42,115 bases of DNA from Paracoccaceae bacterium (GCA_023254015.1 JALQYS010000093.1:1-42115), one strand, 5' to 3'. Positions 8,379 to 18,804 are shown, counted from the first letter of the stretch. Notes: generated by a model from the letters alone, not told the origin. Translations and numbers: made by a program.

Positions 8379-9089
8379 ATGGATGCCGCCGGTTACACCG
8401 CCCTGACCCGCCAATCCGGCCTGATGCGTGAAATGCAGGTCGTGGCCAACAACATCGCAAACCTGTCGACAACCGGCTTTCGCCGCGAAGGGGTGATCTT
8501 TGCCGAACATGTTGCCCGCATGGACCATGGGCCGTCCTTGTCGATGGCCAGCGGATCGGCCCGGCTGGTTGACCTGTCTCAGGCAGGGCTCAGCCGCACC
8601 GGCGGCACTTTCGATCTGGCCATCCAGGGAGAGGGCTTCTTCCTGATTGAAACGCCAACCGGGCAGGCCCTGACCCGGGCAGGCAGCTTCACCCCTTCGG
8701 CAGAAGGTGAGCTGGTGACCCCCGATGGCCACCGCCTGCTGGATCAAGGTGGCGCGCCGGTGTTCATTCCACCTGATGCCTCGGCAGTCTCGGTGGCGCT
8801 GGACGGAACGATCTCGACCAATGGCCAACCCGTTGCGCGGCTGGGCCTTTGGGCGCCGGTCGATCCGACCGCGCTGCGCCATCAGACCGGGACCACATTT
8901 ACAGCGGACGAGGTTCAACCGCTGGACGGGGCCAGCATTCATCAGGGCTTTCTTGAGGACAGCAATGTCGAACCCGTATCGGAAATTGCCCGGATGATCG
9001 AAGTGCAGCGCGCCTATGAAATGGGCCAACGATTCATGGATGCCGAAGATGAACGGATGCGTGGCGTCATACAGACCCTGGGGAGGTAA
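8379..9089 (+). CDS. flgF: Flagellar basal-body rod protein FlgF
   Basis: VANNIANLSTTGFRRE, DLAIQGEGFF, TRAGSF, GFLEDSNV, QRAYE; start MDAAGY at 8379. Confidence 0.92.
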   Translation: MDAAGYTALTRQSGLMREMQVVANNIANLSTTGFRREGVIFAEHVARMDHGPSLSMASGSARLVDLSQAGLSRTGGTFDLAIQGEGFFLIETPTGQALTRAGSFTPSAEGELVTPDGHRLLDQGGAPVFIPPDASAVSVALDGTISTNGQPVARLGLWAPVDPTALRHQTGTTFTADEVQPLDGASIHQGFLEDSNVEPVSEIARMIEVQRAYEMGQRFMDAEDERMRGVIQTLGR

Positions 9090-9092
9090 ACC

Positions 9093-9878
9093 GTGAAAGC
9101 CCTGCAAATCGCCGCCACCGGCATGAGTGCCCAGCAAATGCGGGTTGATGTTGTGTCAAACAACCTCGCGAACATGTCGACCACGGGCTACAATGCCAGA
9201 AGGGCGGATTTCGCCGATCTGCATTATCAGCAACTTGCCCGCCCGGGCACGATTTCCGCACAGGACGGAACCATGCTGCCCACCGGGGTACAGCTGGGCC
9301 TTGGCGTGCGGCCTGCGGCTGTGTCGGTCGTTCTGGCGCAAGGCACATTGTCGGCAACCGGGGGCGATCTGGATGTCGCGATCGAGGGAAAAGGCTATCT
9401 TGAGGTCACGCTGCCCTCTGGCGCCGCGGCCTATACCCGCGATGGCGCCCTGAAACGCACCGGCGATGGGCTGATCGTCACCTCCGATGGCCATGCCGTG
9501 GCCCCGGGCATCACCTTGCCGGCGGATGCCCGGTCGGTCTCGATCAACGGCACGGGCGAGGTTTACGCCTATTTCGAAGGCCAGGTCGAACCGCAACTTC
9601 TGGGGCAACTGACCCTTGTCGGCTTCACCAACGAAAAGGGGCTTGAGGCGATGGGGTCAAACCTCTTTGTCGAAAGCCCCGCCTCAGGCCCACCGATGGC
9701 CGGGGTTGCAGGGCAGGAAGGTTTGGGGATGCTGCGTCAGGGCTATCTTGAGGAAAGCTCGGTCGATGCAGTGCGCGAGGTGACCGAACTCATCAAGGCC
9801 CAACGCGGCTATGAGCTGAACGCAAAGGTCATCACCGCCGCCGACCAGATGCTGTCGGCAACCACGCAGGTGCGGTGA
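9093..9878 (+). CDS. flgG: Flagellar basal-body distal rod protein FlgG
   Basis: AATGMSAQQ, NNLANMSTTGY, PTGVQLGLGVR, YTRDG, QRGYELNAKVITAADQML. Confidence 0.96.
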   Translation: MKALQIAATGMSAQQMRVDVVSNNLANMSTTGYNARRADFADLHYQQLARPGTISAQDGTMLPTGVQLGLGVRPAAVSVVLAQGTLSATGGDLDVAIEGKGYLEVTLPSGAAAYTRDGALKRTGDGLIVTSDGHAVAPGITLPADARSVSINGTGEVYAYFEGQVEPQLLGQLTLVGFTNEKGLEAMGSNLFVESPASGPPMAGVAGQEGLGMLRQGYLEESSVDAVREVTELIKAQRGYELNAKVITAADQMLSATTQVR

Positions 9879-10300
9879 TGTGGCGGGTTCTGCTCTTGTG
9901 CCTGCCCACCGCCACGATGGCCGAAAGCGTCGTGGCCGCGAGGACGATCAGGGCGGGCGAGGCGCTTGTGGCCGAGGACATGATGCTGGTCGAAGCCGAC
10001 ATTCCCGGCGCCCTGACAACCCCCGAGGAGGCTCTGGGCCAAGAGGCGCGCGTGGCCATCTATGCGGGCCGGCCCATCTTGCGCCAGACCCTCGGACCTC
10101 AGACCACCGTCGAGCGCAATCAGATCGTCACGCTGAACTATCGCGCCGGCGGTCTGAGCATCCGAACCGAAGGTCGGGCTTTGGCCCGTGGAGGCAGTGG
10201 CGACGTCGTCGAGGCAATGAACCTGATGTCGAAAACCCGTGTCTCGGGCCGGATCGAGGCGGATGGAACGCTGACCGTTGGCCCTTCAACCCTGCCGTAA
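9878..10300 (+). CDS. flgA: Flagellar P-ring formation chaperone FlgA
   Basis: Signal peptide, SAF-like VVAARTIRAGEAL, VERNQIV, GLSIRTEGRAL; located between flgG and flgH. Confidence 0.9.
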   Translation: MWRVLLLCLPTATMAESVVAARTIRAGEALVAEDMMLVEADIPGALTTPEEALGQEARVAIYAGRPILRQTLGPQTTVERNQIVTLNYRAGGLSIRTEGRALARGGSGDVVEAMNLMSKTRVSGRIEADGTLTVGPSTLP

Positions 10301-10310
10301 GGAAGACCGC

Positions 10311-11030
10311 ATGCGCAGATTGATTATCGTTTTCCTGGCCTTGTCCGCCTGTGGGCGACTGGAGCAAGTGGGCCGTGCGCCCGAGTTCAGCCCGCTGGAG
10401 GGCAGCTATCAACACCACGCGATGTATTCGACGCCCCTGGCCGAGGATCTCGCCCCGGAAACACCGACCGATGCCTCCTCGCTCTGGACGGCGGGACGAA
10501 GCTCTCTCTTCGGTGATCGTCGGGCCGCCCAGCGCGGTGACATTCTGACGGTCGTCATCGAAATCGACGACAAGGCCGAGATCTCCAATTCTTCCGGCCG
10601 CAACAGATCGGGGGCCGAATCCATGGGAATGCCCGGACTGTTCGGCATTCCACAGCGCCTGGATGAATCGATGCCCGAAGGCGCCAGCATGGCCGAGGCT
10701 GTCAGCACCAATGGCACCTCAAGCTACAAGGGCAGCGGGAATGTGTCGCGCAACGAAAAACTCACGCTGCGGGTTGCGGCGACTGTCGTCGAAGAACTGG
10801 CGAACGGCGTCTTGCGGATCGAAGGGCAGCAGGAGGTGCGCGTCAACTTCGAACTGCGCGAACTCATCATCTCGGGCTATGTTCGCCCGGCCGACATCAG
10901 CCGCCAGAACGAAATCACCTATGACAAGATCGCGGGCGCACGGATTTCTTACGGAGGCCGCGGGCAGATTACCGACGTCCAGCAACCCCGCTATGGTCAG
11001 CAGGTTGCCGACATCCTTCTTCCCTTCTGA
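10311..11030 (+). CDS. flgH: Flagellar L-ring lipoprotein FlgH
   Basis: Lipobox LSAC, LFGDRRAAQRGDILTV, VRPADISRQN, ARISYGGRG, QPRYGQQ. Confidence 0.96.
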   Translation: MRRLIIVFLALSACGRLEQVGRAPEFSPLEGSYQHHAMYSTPLAEDLAPETPTDASSLWTAGRSSLFGDRRAAQRGDILTVVIEIDDKAEISNSSGRNRSGAESMGMPGLFGIPQRLDESMPEGASMAEAVSTNGTSSYKGSGNVSRNEKLTLRVAATVVEELANGVLRIEGQQEVRVNFELRELIISGYVRPADISRQNEITYDKIAGARISYGGRGQITDVQQPRYGQQVADILLPF

Positions 11031-11036
11031 GGCACC

Positions 11037-11513
11037 ATGTTGGGCAAGCTCATTCCCGTCTTTCTGGCCCTTGCCGGCCTTGGAATTGGCATCGGTGGCG
11101 GGCTGTTCCTGCGGCCGCCCCCCGAGCAGACCGCGCCCGAAGAGGGCAACGACGCGCCCGATCTGGCCGAGGATGCCGAACCCGAGGTTCCGCCCGAATA
11201 TGTCAAGCTGAACAACCAGTTCGTCGTTCCGGTGATGGACAAAGGCAGGGTCATCTCGCTGGTGATCCTGTCGCTGAGCCTGGAGATCTCACCCGGTCTC
11301 AGTCAGGATGTCTACGCCCGCGAACCGAAACTGCGGGATGCCTTTCTGCAGGTCCTGTTCGATCACGCGAATGCCGGGGGATTTCAGGGGTCATTCACGG
11401 ATGGCTCGAATCTGATCTTCCTCCGCAAGGCCCTTCTTGAAACGGCCCAGAAGGTTCTTGGCGAAACGGTGCGCGACATTCTCATCAGCGACATTGCCCG
11501 GCAGGACAGTTGA
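11037..11513 (+). CDS. fliL: Flagellar basal body-associated FliL-family protein (copy 1)
   Basis: N-terminal TM helix, YVKLNNQFVVPV, REPKLRDAFL, VRDILISD. Confidence 0.8.
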   Translation: MLGKLIPVFLALAGLGIGIGGGLFLRPPPEQTAPEEGNDAPDLAEDAEPEVPPEYVKLNNQFVVPVMDKGRVISLVILSLSLEISPGLSQDVYAREPKLRDAFLQVLFDHANAGGFQGSFTDGSNLIFLRKALLETAQKVLGETVRDILISDIARQDS

Positions 11514-11540
11514 ACGCGCCCCGGGGGCGACCGTCCAGCT

Positions 11541-11891
11541 TCACTCTGGTCGGCGTCCCCGCACTGCGCGAGAGGCAAGGCCGCGCAAGGCCTCATTTCT
11601 GCCAAATGCGATTTCGGCCTCTGATCGGGCTTGCGCCGCCTCATGCGTCTGCCGTGCAAGGCACAGGTTGATCTCGGCACGACGCAGATCGGCCCAGCGC
11701 TGATAGGCCATGGCGGCAAGATCGGATGCGGCACCAACCAGCCCCGGTTGGGGATCGACTGGTTGGGAAAGCGCCGCCAACGCAGCCTCGCTTCGGGTTT
11801 TTGCCTCGATGGCCGCCTTGAGCACCGCCAGCCGATGGTCCAACTGCAGATTTGCCAGACGGTTCAGCTTCTTCAGATCCTCGTTCTTCAT
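11541..11891 (-). CDS. Conserved-looking helical protein coupled to flhB, possible FliJ analogue
   Basis: 116 aa, two Ala/Leu-rich helical segments; ATGA overlap with flhB stop and GGGGG SD. Confidence 0.65.
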   Translation of the reverse strand: MKNEDLKKLNRLANLQLDHRLAVLKAAIEAKTRSEAALAALSQPVDPQPGLVGAASDLAAMAYQRWADLRRAEINLCLARQTHEAAQARSEAEIAFGRNEALRGLASRAVRGRRPE

Positions 11892-12967
11892 ACGCCCCCC
11901 TTGCTGCGCTGACGCAACGCCTCGGAAAACCTGATGGCGGCAGCGACCGGCCGGTAATGTTCGGGCTGGATCGGCTGACCGATCTCGACCGCCGCAAAAA
12001 GCGCGCGCGCTGTCGGCGGATCAGAGTGCAAGGGCACCCCGGACAGGGCCGCGCGTTCGCGAATCCGGGCAGCCACCTCGTCCACGCCCTTGGCCACGCA
12101 GACCGGGGCATGCTTGTCGCTGCGCTTCCAGCGCAGGGCGACAGCATAATGCGTCGGGTTCACGATCACGACATCCGCCTTTGCCACATCCTGCAACATG
12201 CGGTTCAGCGCAATCTCCTGACCGCGCTGCCGACGCGCGCCCTTGGCGTGCGGATCGCCCTCGCTCTCTTTCGTCTCATCCATCATTTCCTTCCGCGACA
12301 TGCGGTTGCGCTTGAGGTGCTGGTAGCGCTGCCAGAACAGATCGACGACACCGAAAACCGCGGCAAGCGCAAGCATGATGACCAGGAACTCGATCATGAG
12401 CTGCAGCATCAGTTCGATCGCGCCCGCAGCCGCAAGAGCCAGACTGGCGGCAATATCGTCGGCCCGCATCGACAGGTGAATGACAAGGGCAAAGCCGACC
12501 GCAATCATTTTCGCCATGCTCTTGGCAAAGCTGAAAAGCCCATCCAGACCGAACTTCTGCTTGGCCGCTGCAATTGGTGAAAGACGCGACAGACGCGGGA
12601 TAAGTTTGTCAGGGGTGAAGATCAGGCCGCGTTGCACGACAAGCGCGAAAAGGACGGCAGCAAAGGGGATGACAAACAAGGGCAGCAGCGCCAGGGAATA
12701 CGCCCCCAGAACCGGACCAACCACCGCCCGCCCGCCCGCCATGATCTGGATCGAAATCCGGTCGGCCCTGGCGATCAGCGTCTGGCCGATCTCGCCGCCA
12801 TGGATCAGAACGCCGCTACCGCCGATCAGGATGGCCAGAAGAAAGCCCCCAAGTGCGGCCGCAACCAAGAGATCGGGTGACCGGGCAATCTCGCCGCGCT
12901 GACGGGCCTGTTCAAGGCGCCGCTCTGTCGGCTCAAAACTCTTGTCGTCGTCGTTTTCGTCGCTCAT
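11888..12967 (-). CDS. flhB: Flagellar export substrate-specificity switch FlhB
   Basis: KSFEPTERRLEQARQRGEIARS, KESEGDPH, NPTH autocleavage motif, VAKGVD; start MSDEND at 12967. Confidence 0.96.
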   Translation of the reverse strand: MSDENDDDKSFEPTERRLEQARQRGEIARSPDLLVAAALGGFLLAILIGGSGVLIHGGEIGQTLIARADRISIQIMAGGRAVVGPVLGAYSLALLPLFVIPFAAVLFALVVQRGLIFTPDKLIPRLSRLSPIAAAKQKFGLDGLFSFAKSMAKMIAVGFALVIHLSMRADDIAASLALAAAGAIELMLQLMIEFLVIMLALAAVFGVVDLFWQRYQHLKRNRMSRKEMMDETKESEGDPHAKGARRQRGQEIALNRMLQDVAKADVVIVNPTHYAVALRWKRSDKHAPVCVAKGVDEVAARIRERAALSGVPLHSDPPTARALFAAVEIGQPIQPEHYRPVAAAIRFSEALRQRSKGGV

Positions 12968-13737
12968 GGCGGCACAGCGAACGGATTGTCGAGAACCCCT
13001 TGCAACGCCGAAAACCAGACGGACAGGAGAAGAGGCGACAGAAGGGCCAAAAGCGCGAGACCTCCGGCTGAAAGCGCGGGCGCCCCGATGAAGGACACCA
13101 TCAGCGCGGGCATCGCCCGGTTTATGGCGCCCAGTGCAAGGTTGTACATGAGGGACGCGATGGCAAAGGGCGCGGCAAGTGAAAAGCCAAGGGAAAAGGC
13201 CCGGGCCGTCTGCGCCACACCCCATGTGGCGAATTCCGCCGCGCTGGGGAAGGCACCGGGCGGCAGCAGCCGATAAGACAGGATCAAGGCCTCGGCCAGT
13301 CTGACATGCAGCCCCGCCATCACCGCAAGGGCCAGACCGGAAACCATCAGGACCTGACCAACGGCAGGTTGCGGTTCGGCCATGGCGGAGCCCGCCATTT
13401 GCGAAAGCGACGTTGCCTGTGCAATGATCGAGCCGGAAATCTGAAGTGCAAGGATCATCAGGCGGAACACCGCACCCAGCGCAAGCCCTGCCACAACTTC
13501 AGCTGCGGCATGAAGCAGGCGCGGCTCTGCAGGCATGGACGTTGCAACAGCCGGGGCCACGACAGCCGTGAAGGCCAGCGCAATCACCAGCCGCACGCGT
13601 TGAGGCACCGATTGTTCACCAAAAGCCGGAAGCAGGGCAAGCGCTGCGCCGATGCGCAGAAAGACCAGAACGGCGCTAGCCAGAAGCGCCTGACCGATCC
13701 CGACAAGTTCGGCAATATGCGACAGGTCAAGCGTCAT
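12964..13737 (-). CDS. fliR: Flagellar export protein FliR
   Basis: VFLRIG...PAFGEQSVPQRVRL, GAINRAMPALMVSFIGAP; located between flhA and flhB. Confidence 0.94.
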   Translation of the reverse strand: MTLDLSHIAELVGIGQALLASAVLVFLRIGAALALLPAFGEQSVPQRVRLVIALAFTAVVAPAVATSMPAEPRLLHAAAEVVAGLALGAVFRLMILALQISGSIIAQATSLSQMAGSAMAEPQPAVGQVLMVSGLALAVMAGLHVRLAEALILSYRLLPPGAFPSAAEFATWGVAQTARAFSLGFSLAAPFAIASLMYNLALGAINRAMPALMVSFIGAPALSAGGLALLALLSPLLLSVWFSALQGVLDNPFAVPP

Positions 13738-15815
13738 GGCGGCACCAGTCCAACCATGGCCGGACGCGCCTCGATTCCGATTTCCTCATAGGACAGGACC
13801 GGGGCTGTTGCGCCCTTTGCCGCAAGGACCGTGCGCAAGAACCTGCGCCGCAGCGAGGATGTCACCAGCGCAGGAGAAACGCCGGTTTCGACCGCACGGT
13901 TTATCCGGTCAGCCAAACCATTGGCAAGGCGCGCGAACTGATCGGGCGGAAGAGCGACGGTCGGCAAACCGCGATCACTGTCGATCTGATACTGGCCAAA
14001 GACCCTCTCCCATTCGGGGGCCAGTTGGATCAGGGGGATGGTGCCATCCTCCCGACGCAGGTCTGCCACCAGCTGAAATCCCAGGCGCTGGCGGACATGT
14101 TCACAGATCGCCTCGGGTTGGCCAAGGCTGCGCGCCTCGGCCGTCGCCTCGAGGATCAGGGGCAGATTCCGGATCGAGACTCGCTCCTCCAACAGCAACC
14201 GCAAGACCTGAAGCAGCAGATCGACCGGCACCTTTTCGGGGATCAGTTCATCAAGCAGGCGCTTGTTCGCTTCGGCCCGCTGCGCATCTGAAAGCGTCAC
14301 GAATTCATCAAGAAGCCGGCGCAGGCCGCGCAGGGACAGCAGGCGCGACAGGTTCGACCGGATGACCTCGAGCAGGTGGGTTGCAAGCACCTCGGGCGGG
14401 GAAACAACGGTGAGCCCCAAGAGAGCCGCTTCTTCCTGATCGTCCAGCCGGATCCAGCGGGCGGGTGCACCGTAAACAGGCTCACGCACGTCGATGCCAT
14501 CGGGCGCAGGCACGCCGTCGGACAAAAGCACAAGGACACGGTCCGGAAGCAGACGGTCGCGCACCCGTTCTACGCCCTGCAAGCGGATGCGATAACAACC
14601 CGAAGGAAGGGTCGCCTCATCGGTAAGCCGGATTTCGGGAAGGATCACGCCATAACCCGTCGCGACATGGCTGCGCATGTTGGCGATACGGGCCTCAAGA
14701 CCGGTGGCCGGGTCCAGCGCCATGGCCACGAGATTCGGCGCAAACTCGATATGGATCTCGTCAAGGTCAAGGATATCGCCAAGTGGTTTGGGCCGGGCAG
14801 GTCCGGCATCGGCGACAGGTTCGACAGGGTTTTCAGCCTTGCGCATTTGCGCCCGCCAGGCGGCAAACCCCAAACCAGCGGCACCCAGCATGAAGGGCAG
14901 AAAGGGCATACCCGGCACAACGGCGAACAGCGCCATGAGAACCGCAACAGTGCCAAGCGCGCCGGGATACCGACCGAGCTGCGCAAAAAACGACACATCG
15001 GCAGCACCGATGGCCCCGCCGCGCGCCAGAAGAAGTGCAGCCGCAACCGAGATGATCACCGCGGGAATCTGGGCGACAAGGCCATCACCTACGGTGAGAA
15101 TTGCATATGTTTCAAAGGCCTGTCCAAATGGCATATCATGGAACACAACCCCCATGACCAGCCCCATCCCGATGTTCAGCCCGGTAATGAGCAGCCCGGC
15201 CACAGCATCACCCTTGACGAACTTCGACACGCCATCGAGCGAGCCGAAAAAGTTCGTCTCGGCAAGTTCTCGTTCCCGCCGCATTTTGGCCTCGGCATGC
15301 GAGATCGCACCGGCCGACATGTCGGCGTCGATGGCCAACTGCTTGCCCGGCATCCCATCCAGGGCAAACCGGGCGCCAACCTCTGCCATTCGGCCGGCAC
15401 CCTTGGTAATGACGACGAAGTTGACGATCAGCAGCACAAGAAAGATCACGACCCCCAACAGAAGGTTGCCGCCCATGATGAAATCGGCGAACCCTTCGAT
15501 CACATGCCCGGCTGCACTCGTCCCCGTATGGCCCTGCCCGATGATGAGCTTTGTCGAAGAAACATTCAGTGACAACCGCAACATCAGGCTGGCCAGCAGG
15601 ATGGTCGGAAAAGCCGAGAAGTCGAGCGGGCGTTCAATGAAAAGCGCCACCGTCAACATCAGAATGGCCAGAGCGAAAGAGATGGCAAGACCGATGTCCA
15701 GCACAAATGCGGGAACCGGCAGAACCATCATGACAATCACGGCCATCAAGGCAAGCGCGAGCAGGATCGTCGGCTGAAACACCCGGCTTACAGAAGGAAC
15801 CGCCATCGACTGCAT
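13734..15815 (-). CDS. flhA: Flagellar export protein FlhA
   Basis: LDFSAFPTILL, VITKGAGRMAEVGARFALDGMPGKQLAIDAD, GDGLVAQIPA, ERVSIRNL; exact start uncertain (15818/15815/15806). Confidence 0.97.
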   Translation of the reverse strand: MQSMAVPSVSRVFQPTILLALALMAVIVMMVLPVPAFVLDIGLAISFALAILMLTVALFIERPLDFSAFPTILLASLMLRLSLNVSSTKLIIGQGHTGTSAAGHVIEGFADFIMGGNLLLGVVIFLVLLIVNFVVITKGAGRMAEVGARFALDGMPGKQLAIDADMSAGAISHAEAKMRRERELAETNFFGSLDGVSKFVKGDAVAGLLITGLNIGMGLVMGVVFHDMPFGQAFETYAILTVGDGLVAQIPAVIISVAAALLLARGGAIGAADVSFFAQLGRYPGALGTVAVLMALFAVVPGMPFLPFMLGAAGLGFAAWRAQMRKAENPVEPVADAGPARPKPLGDILDLDEIHIEFAPNLVAMALDPATGLEARIANMRSHVATGYGVILPEIRLTDEATLPSGCYRIRLQGVERVRDRLLPDRVLVLLSDGVPAPDGIDVREPVYGAPARWIRLDDQEEAALLGLTVVSPPEVLATHLLEVIRSNLSRLLSLRGLRRLLDEFVTLSDAQRAEANKRLLDELIPEKVPVDLLLQVLRLLLEERVSIRNLPLILEATAEARSLGQPEAICEHVRQRLGFQLVADLRREDGTIPLIQLAPEWERVFGQYQIDSDRGLPTVALPPDQFARLANGLADRINRAVETGVSPALVTSSLRRRFLRTVLAAKGATAPVLSYEEIGIEARPAMVGLVPP

Positions 15816-16477
15816 CACGGCACCGCAAGGAAAAGAGGGGTCATGCCAGTGCTCCTGGGCACCAAAGAGGCAAGCGATCCGGTTGTGCCGGACTGCAAAA
15901 GCGGAAAGCTGTTCACCCGAACCGCAACCTCAACCAAAGAATCCTCTCCCAGACCTTCGGCAAGCTCTAGAAGAGTTGCCTCCACCCTCTCGACATAGCG
16001 GCGGGCATGTTCTGGCGTGGCCGAATGGTAGGCAGCCACGGCATCAACCCAATTGCCCTTCTCACCATGCTTTTCCACCAGAAACTGGGCCGCGTATTCC
16101 GCGTTTTGCGCCGGATCGAACATGGCATCGACCGTAGCGAAGGCTTGACCATGCCAATGAAGGTTCAACTGAAAGCACCCAATATCGATATTGGTCCCCC
16201 CTGCGTCCCGCAAAGACCTGACAAGCTCGGTCGCATCCTCTTTCGAGGCAGGCCAATAGGACTCTCCCGCATGATGAATGGCCCAGGGCCAGGGTTGAAC
16301 GCCTTGCGGGCCATCGCGGCCGCTTTCAACCCGAGCAATGGCCAACATGACCTGTTCCGGGACAGCAAATCGCTTGGCGGCTGCCAGCGCCGCCACGTCG
16401 CACAGGTCTGCATTCTCTGACGCGGCGGCCAAGTGCCCCTTAGCCGTGATCACAAGGGCAATGGCAAGAAATCTCAT
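15815..16477 (-). CDS. Flagellum-associated lytic transglycosylase (SLT family)
   Basis: Signal peptide, AIARVESG (catalytic Glu), PWPW, DIGCFQLN, FDPAQN, AVAAYHS. Confidence 0.88.
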   Translation of the reverse strand: MRFLAIALVITAKGHLAAASENADLCDVAALAAAKRFAVPEQVMLAIARVESGRDGPQGVQPWPWAIHHAGESYWPASKEDATELVRSLRDAGGTNIDIGCFQLNLHWHGQAFATVDAMFDPAQNAEYAAQFLVEKHGEKGNWVDAVAAYHSATPEHARRYVERVEATLLELAEGLGEDSLVEVAVRVNSFPLLQSGTTGSLASLVPRSTGMTPLFLAVP

Positions 16478-16538
16478 GGTGTTCTAACCCGTGTTCGCGG
16501 AATTCTTCCGATATGGGACAAGCTCTAGATCAATATGC

Positions 16539-16553
16539 TTTCCAAAATGTTAC
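16539..16553 (-). promoter_or_regulatory. Degenerate CtrA-like site upstream of slt-flhA-fliR-flhB
   Basis: Minus strand GTAA-CATTTTG-GAAA followed 11 nt later by TAGAGC, similar geometry to the other flagellar promoters; 3 mismatches. Confidence 0.3.
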
Positions 16554-16572
16554 CTCTGGGCATGGCCAGCGC

Positions 16573-18804
16573 TCATGGGCCGAGAGGAGTTCCGCTTTCA
16601 GCCGGGGCGGCGCTTTCAGGGGCAGGGATGGCTGCAAGCAAAGCTGCAATAGCTGCAGCAGTTTCAGGTGCAGCGGCGGCAAGAACGTGACCCTGCGCAA
16701 GCGGCCCCCCTTCGGCCGGCAACTCGGTAGGCGTTTGCCCGAGACCGGCGACAGTCTTCCACGGATCCTCGCCCCTGGTGGCAAGCCCCTGCCAATCGCC
16801 GGCCCGGGCCAGAGCGATCGAGGCGGCAAGTCCCTGCTGCATGTCGGCAAGTATCTGCGCACGCAGCGATTCTTGTCCAAGACGTTCAAGCGCCTGGAGC
16901 TTCAAAGCAGTCGAGACATCATCTTCTGCACCGGCCAAGTGGCTCATGGCGGCCCGCGCATCATTCCGTTTCAGTGCAGCCTCTGCCAACAGGATCGGAT
17001 CGGTTTCCGGGTTTTCGCCAAGCCATTGCAGAGCCGAATCGGCAAGACCCAAAGCCACAAGCCTGCGGGCGATTTCCGAGGCCAGTGTTTTTGGTAGAGG
17101 CGGCGGCGTAGCCTCTTTGTCGATCACGGCATGCGTCAGAAAATCGCCGTCAGGAGCAAGCGAGACCAGCAGGGACCAAACCTCTTGCTCAACCGCGTCA
17201 GCAAGAGCTGGAGCCCCAGCCATTTCAGAGAAGGCTGCAGCGAAATTGCCCGAGGCCGCCTCGGCAAGCGTCAGCGCTTCATGTAGACGGGGTGCCAAGT
17301 CGGCGCCCTGATGTTCTGACAGCATGGCCCGAAGCGTCAGGGCCAGCTCTCGCTCGACTGGTAGTCGCCGGGCAGTCTTCGACTTGACCAATGCAATCAT
17401 GGCTTCGGGCTGATTCGGGCCCGGCTCATCGGCAAGGTTGGCGGCGACCCGCTCGGCGGCAGCGGGATTGCCGGTCTGCAAGTCGAACTGCGCGCCAATC
17501 AGTTCAACTGCGGCTCCCGGTGCCCCCGGTGCCCGCAGGATGGCATCCCGGATCGCGCGCGCGGCGTCAGCACGACCGATCGTCAGAAGCATGTCTGCCA
17601 GTCTGGGGCCAAGGTGACGGCGCAAATGTAAAGGCAGTTGCGAGAACGCGAGCCTGACCGCTGCTTCATCAAGCGCGCCGCCTTCCACCGGCGCATCGTC
17701 GGCCAGCAAGGCCCACATCGCGACGGGCCCTGAACACCCTGCCTGATCCTTGAACGTGGCCGAAGGATCGGCTTCATCGTCAAGAAGATACGCAAGTGCC
17801 TGCCAGACGGGGCGATCAGGGTGATCTGGCTGAAACGCCGTAATCATCTGCCGGGCCTCGGCACCAAAACCGGCATACAGCAAGAAACGCACGGACTTGG
17901 CAATCTGCTCAGGCTCATCGCGGTCGAACTCACCCGTGAGACCCCACCGCATCCCTGACATCTGGGCCAACACTGGAAGCTCCGGATCAGCCCAGTCCGC
18001 GATGGAAAGCGTTTCCGGTGAAAGGCAAGCGGTCCCATTTGCCCCCAGATCGCCCTGCACTGACCGATCAGGTTGTGTCACGTCCACCGGCGCCGGGCCA
18101 ATTCTGATCTGGGCCGAGGCGAAGGTTTCTCCAGCCTGTCCGATCTCAAGGTTCTGCGGTTTTGCCATCTGGACAACGCCTTGCGAAGCCCCACGCGCCA
18201 TTTGACGCAGCAGCGTCTCGCGCAGGACTTGCAGGCCTGGGTCTGGGGGCAGAAGTGCAGAAGCTGCAGGTTTTCCGATGCCTGCAACGTTAGGTTCAGC
18301 GCGGCCAAGATCGCGATATGCCTCTTTTTTCCAATCGTAGGCGACAGATGTGGACGGGTCAGGGGTCGGTCGTGCGCGCGGCCGGGCTGCAGGAGAGACC
18401 GGCGCGGCCCTATCCTCAAGAGCAAGTTCGAAGGAAGACCCTTTGGGCGGCGGGCCATCCTTCAGATCGATAACCACGATCCCGGGGCGAAACTCGAAGG
18501 GAACCGCATGGCAAGCACAGGCAAGACTGAATTGCAGCTCCCCGCCCGGGCCGTCTTGCGCAATGGCGGCAAGCCTTGTCTTGCCTATGATCGCAAAAGC
18601 GTTTGTCAGATCATAGTTTGGTGAGCCGCCCGCAACCCGAAGGATGTAGCCATCTGCGCTGCGTCCGACCTGCCAGTTGACTGCCTGTCCGAATTCCAGA
18701 ACCAACCGGGTAAAGCCGTCGTGTTCGCCGCTGCTGACACGGACCGTCTGGCTCAGCGATGGGGTGGCGAACAGAAGCATGAAGAAGAACGCGACCCGAA
18801 TCAT
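16573..18804 (-). CDS. Large exported flagellar-cluster protein (743 aa; N-terminal beta domain, helical-repeat-like C-terminus)
   Basis: Signal peptide MIRVAFFFMLLFATPSLS, VRVSSGEHDGFTRLVLEF, Ala/Leu-rich helices; ATGA overlap with motA. Confidence 0.8.
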   Translation of the reverse strand: MIRVAFFFMLLFATPSLSQTVRVSSGEHDGFTRLVLEFGQAVNWQVGRSADGYILRVAGGSPNYDLTNAFAIIGKTRLAAIAQDGPGGELQFSLACACHAVPFEFRPGIVVIDLKDGPPPKGSSFELALEDRAAPVSPAARPRARPTPDPSTSVAYDWKKEAYRDLGRAEPNVAGIGKPAASALLPPDPGLQVLRETLLRQMARGASQGVVQMAKPQNLEIGQAGETFASAQIRIGPAPVDVTQPDRSVQGDLGANGTACLSPETLSIADWADPELPVLAQMSGMRWGLTGEFDRDEPEQIAKSVRFLLYAGFGAEARQMITAFQPDHPDRPVWQALAYLLDDEADPSATFKDQAGCSGPVAMWALLADDAPVEGGALDEAAVRLAFSQLPLHLRRHLGPRLADMLLTIGRADAARAIRDAILRAPGAPGAAVELIGAQFDLQTGNPAAAERVAANLADEPGPNQPEAMIALVKSKTARRLPVERELALTLRAMLSEHQGADLAPRLHEALTLAEAASGNFAAAFSEMAGAPALADAVEQEVWSLLVSLAPDGDFLTHAVIDKEATPPPLPKTLASEIARRLVALGLADSALQWLGENPETDPILLAEAALKRNDARAAMSHLAGAEDDVSTALKLQALERLGQESLRAQILADMQQGLAASIALARAGDWQGLATRGEDPWKTVAGLGQTPTELPAEGGPLAQGHVLAAAAPETAAAIAALLAAIPAPESAAPAESGTPLGP

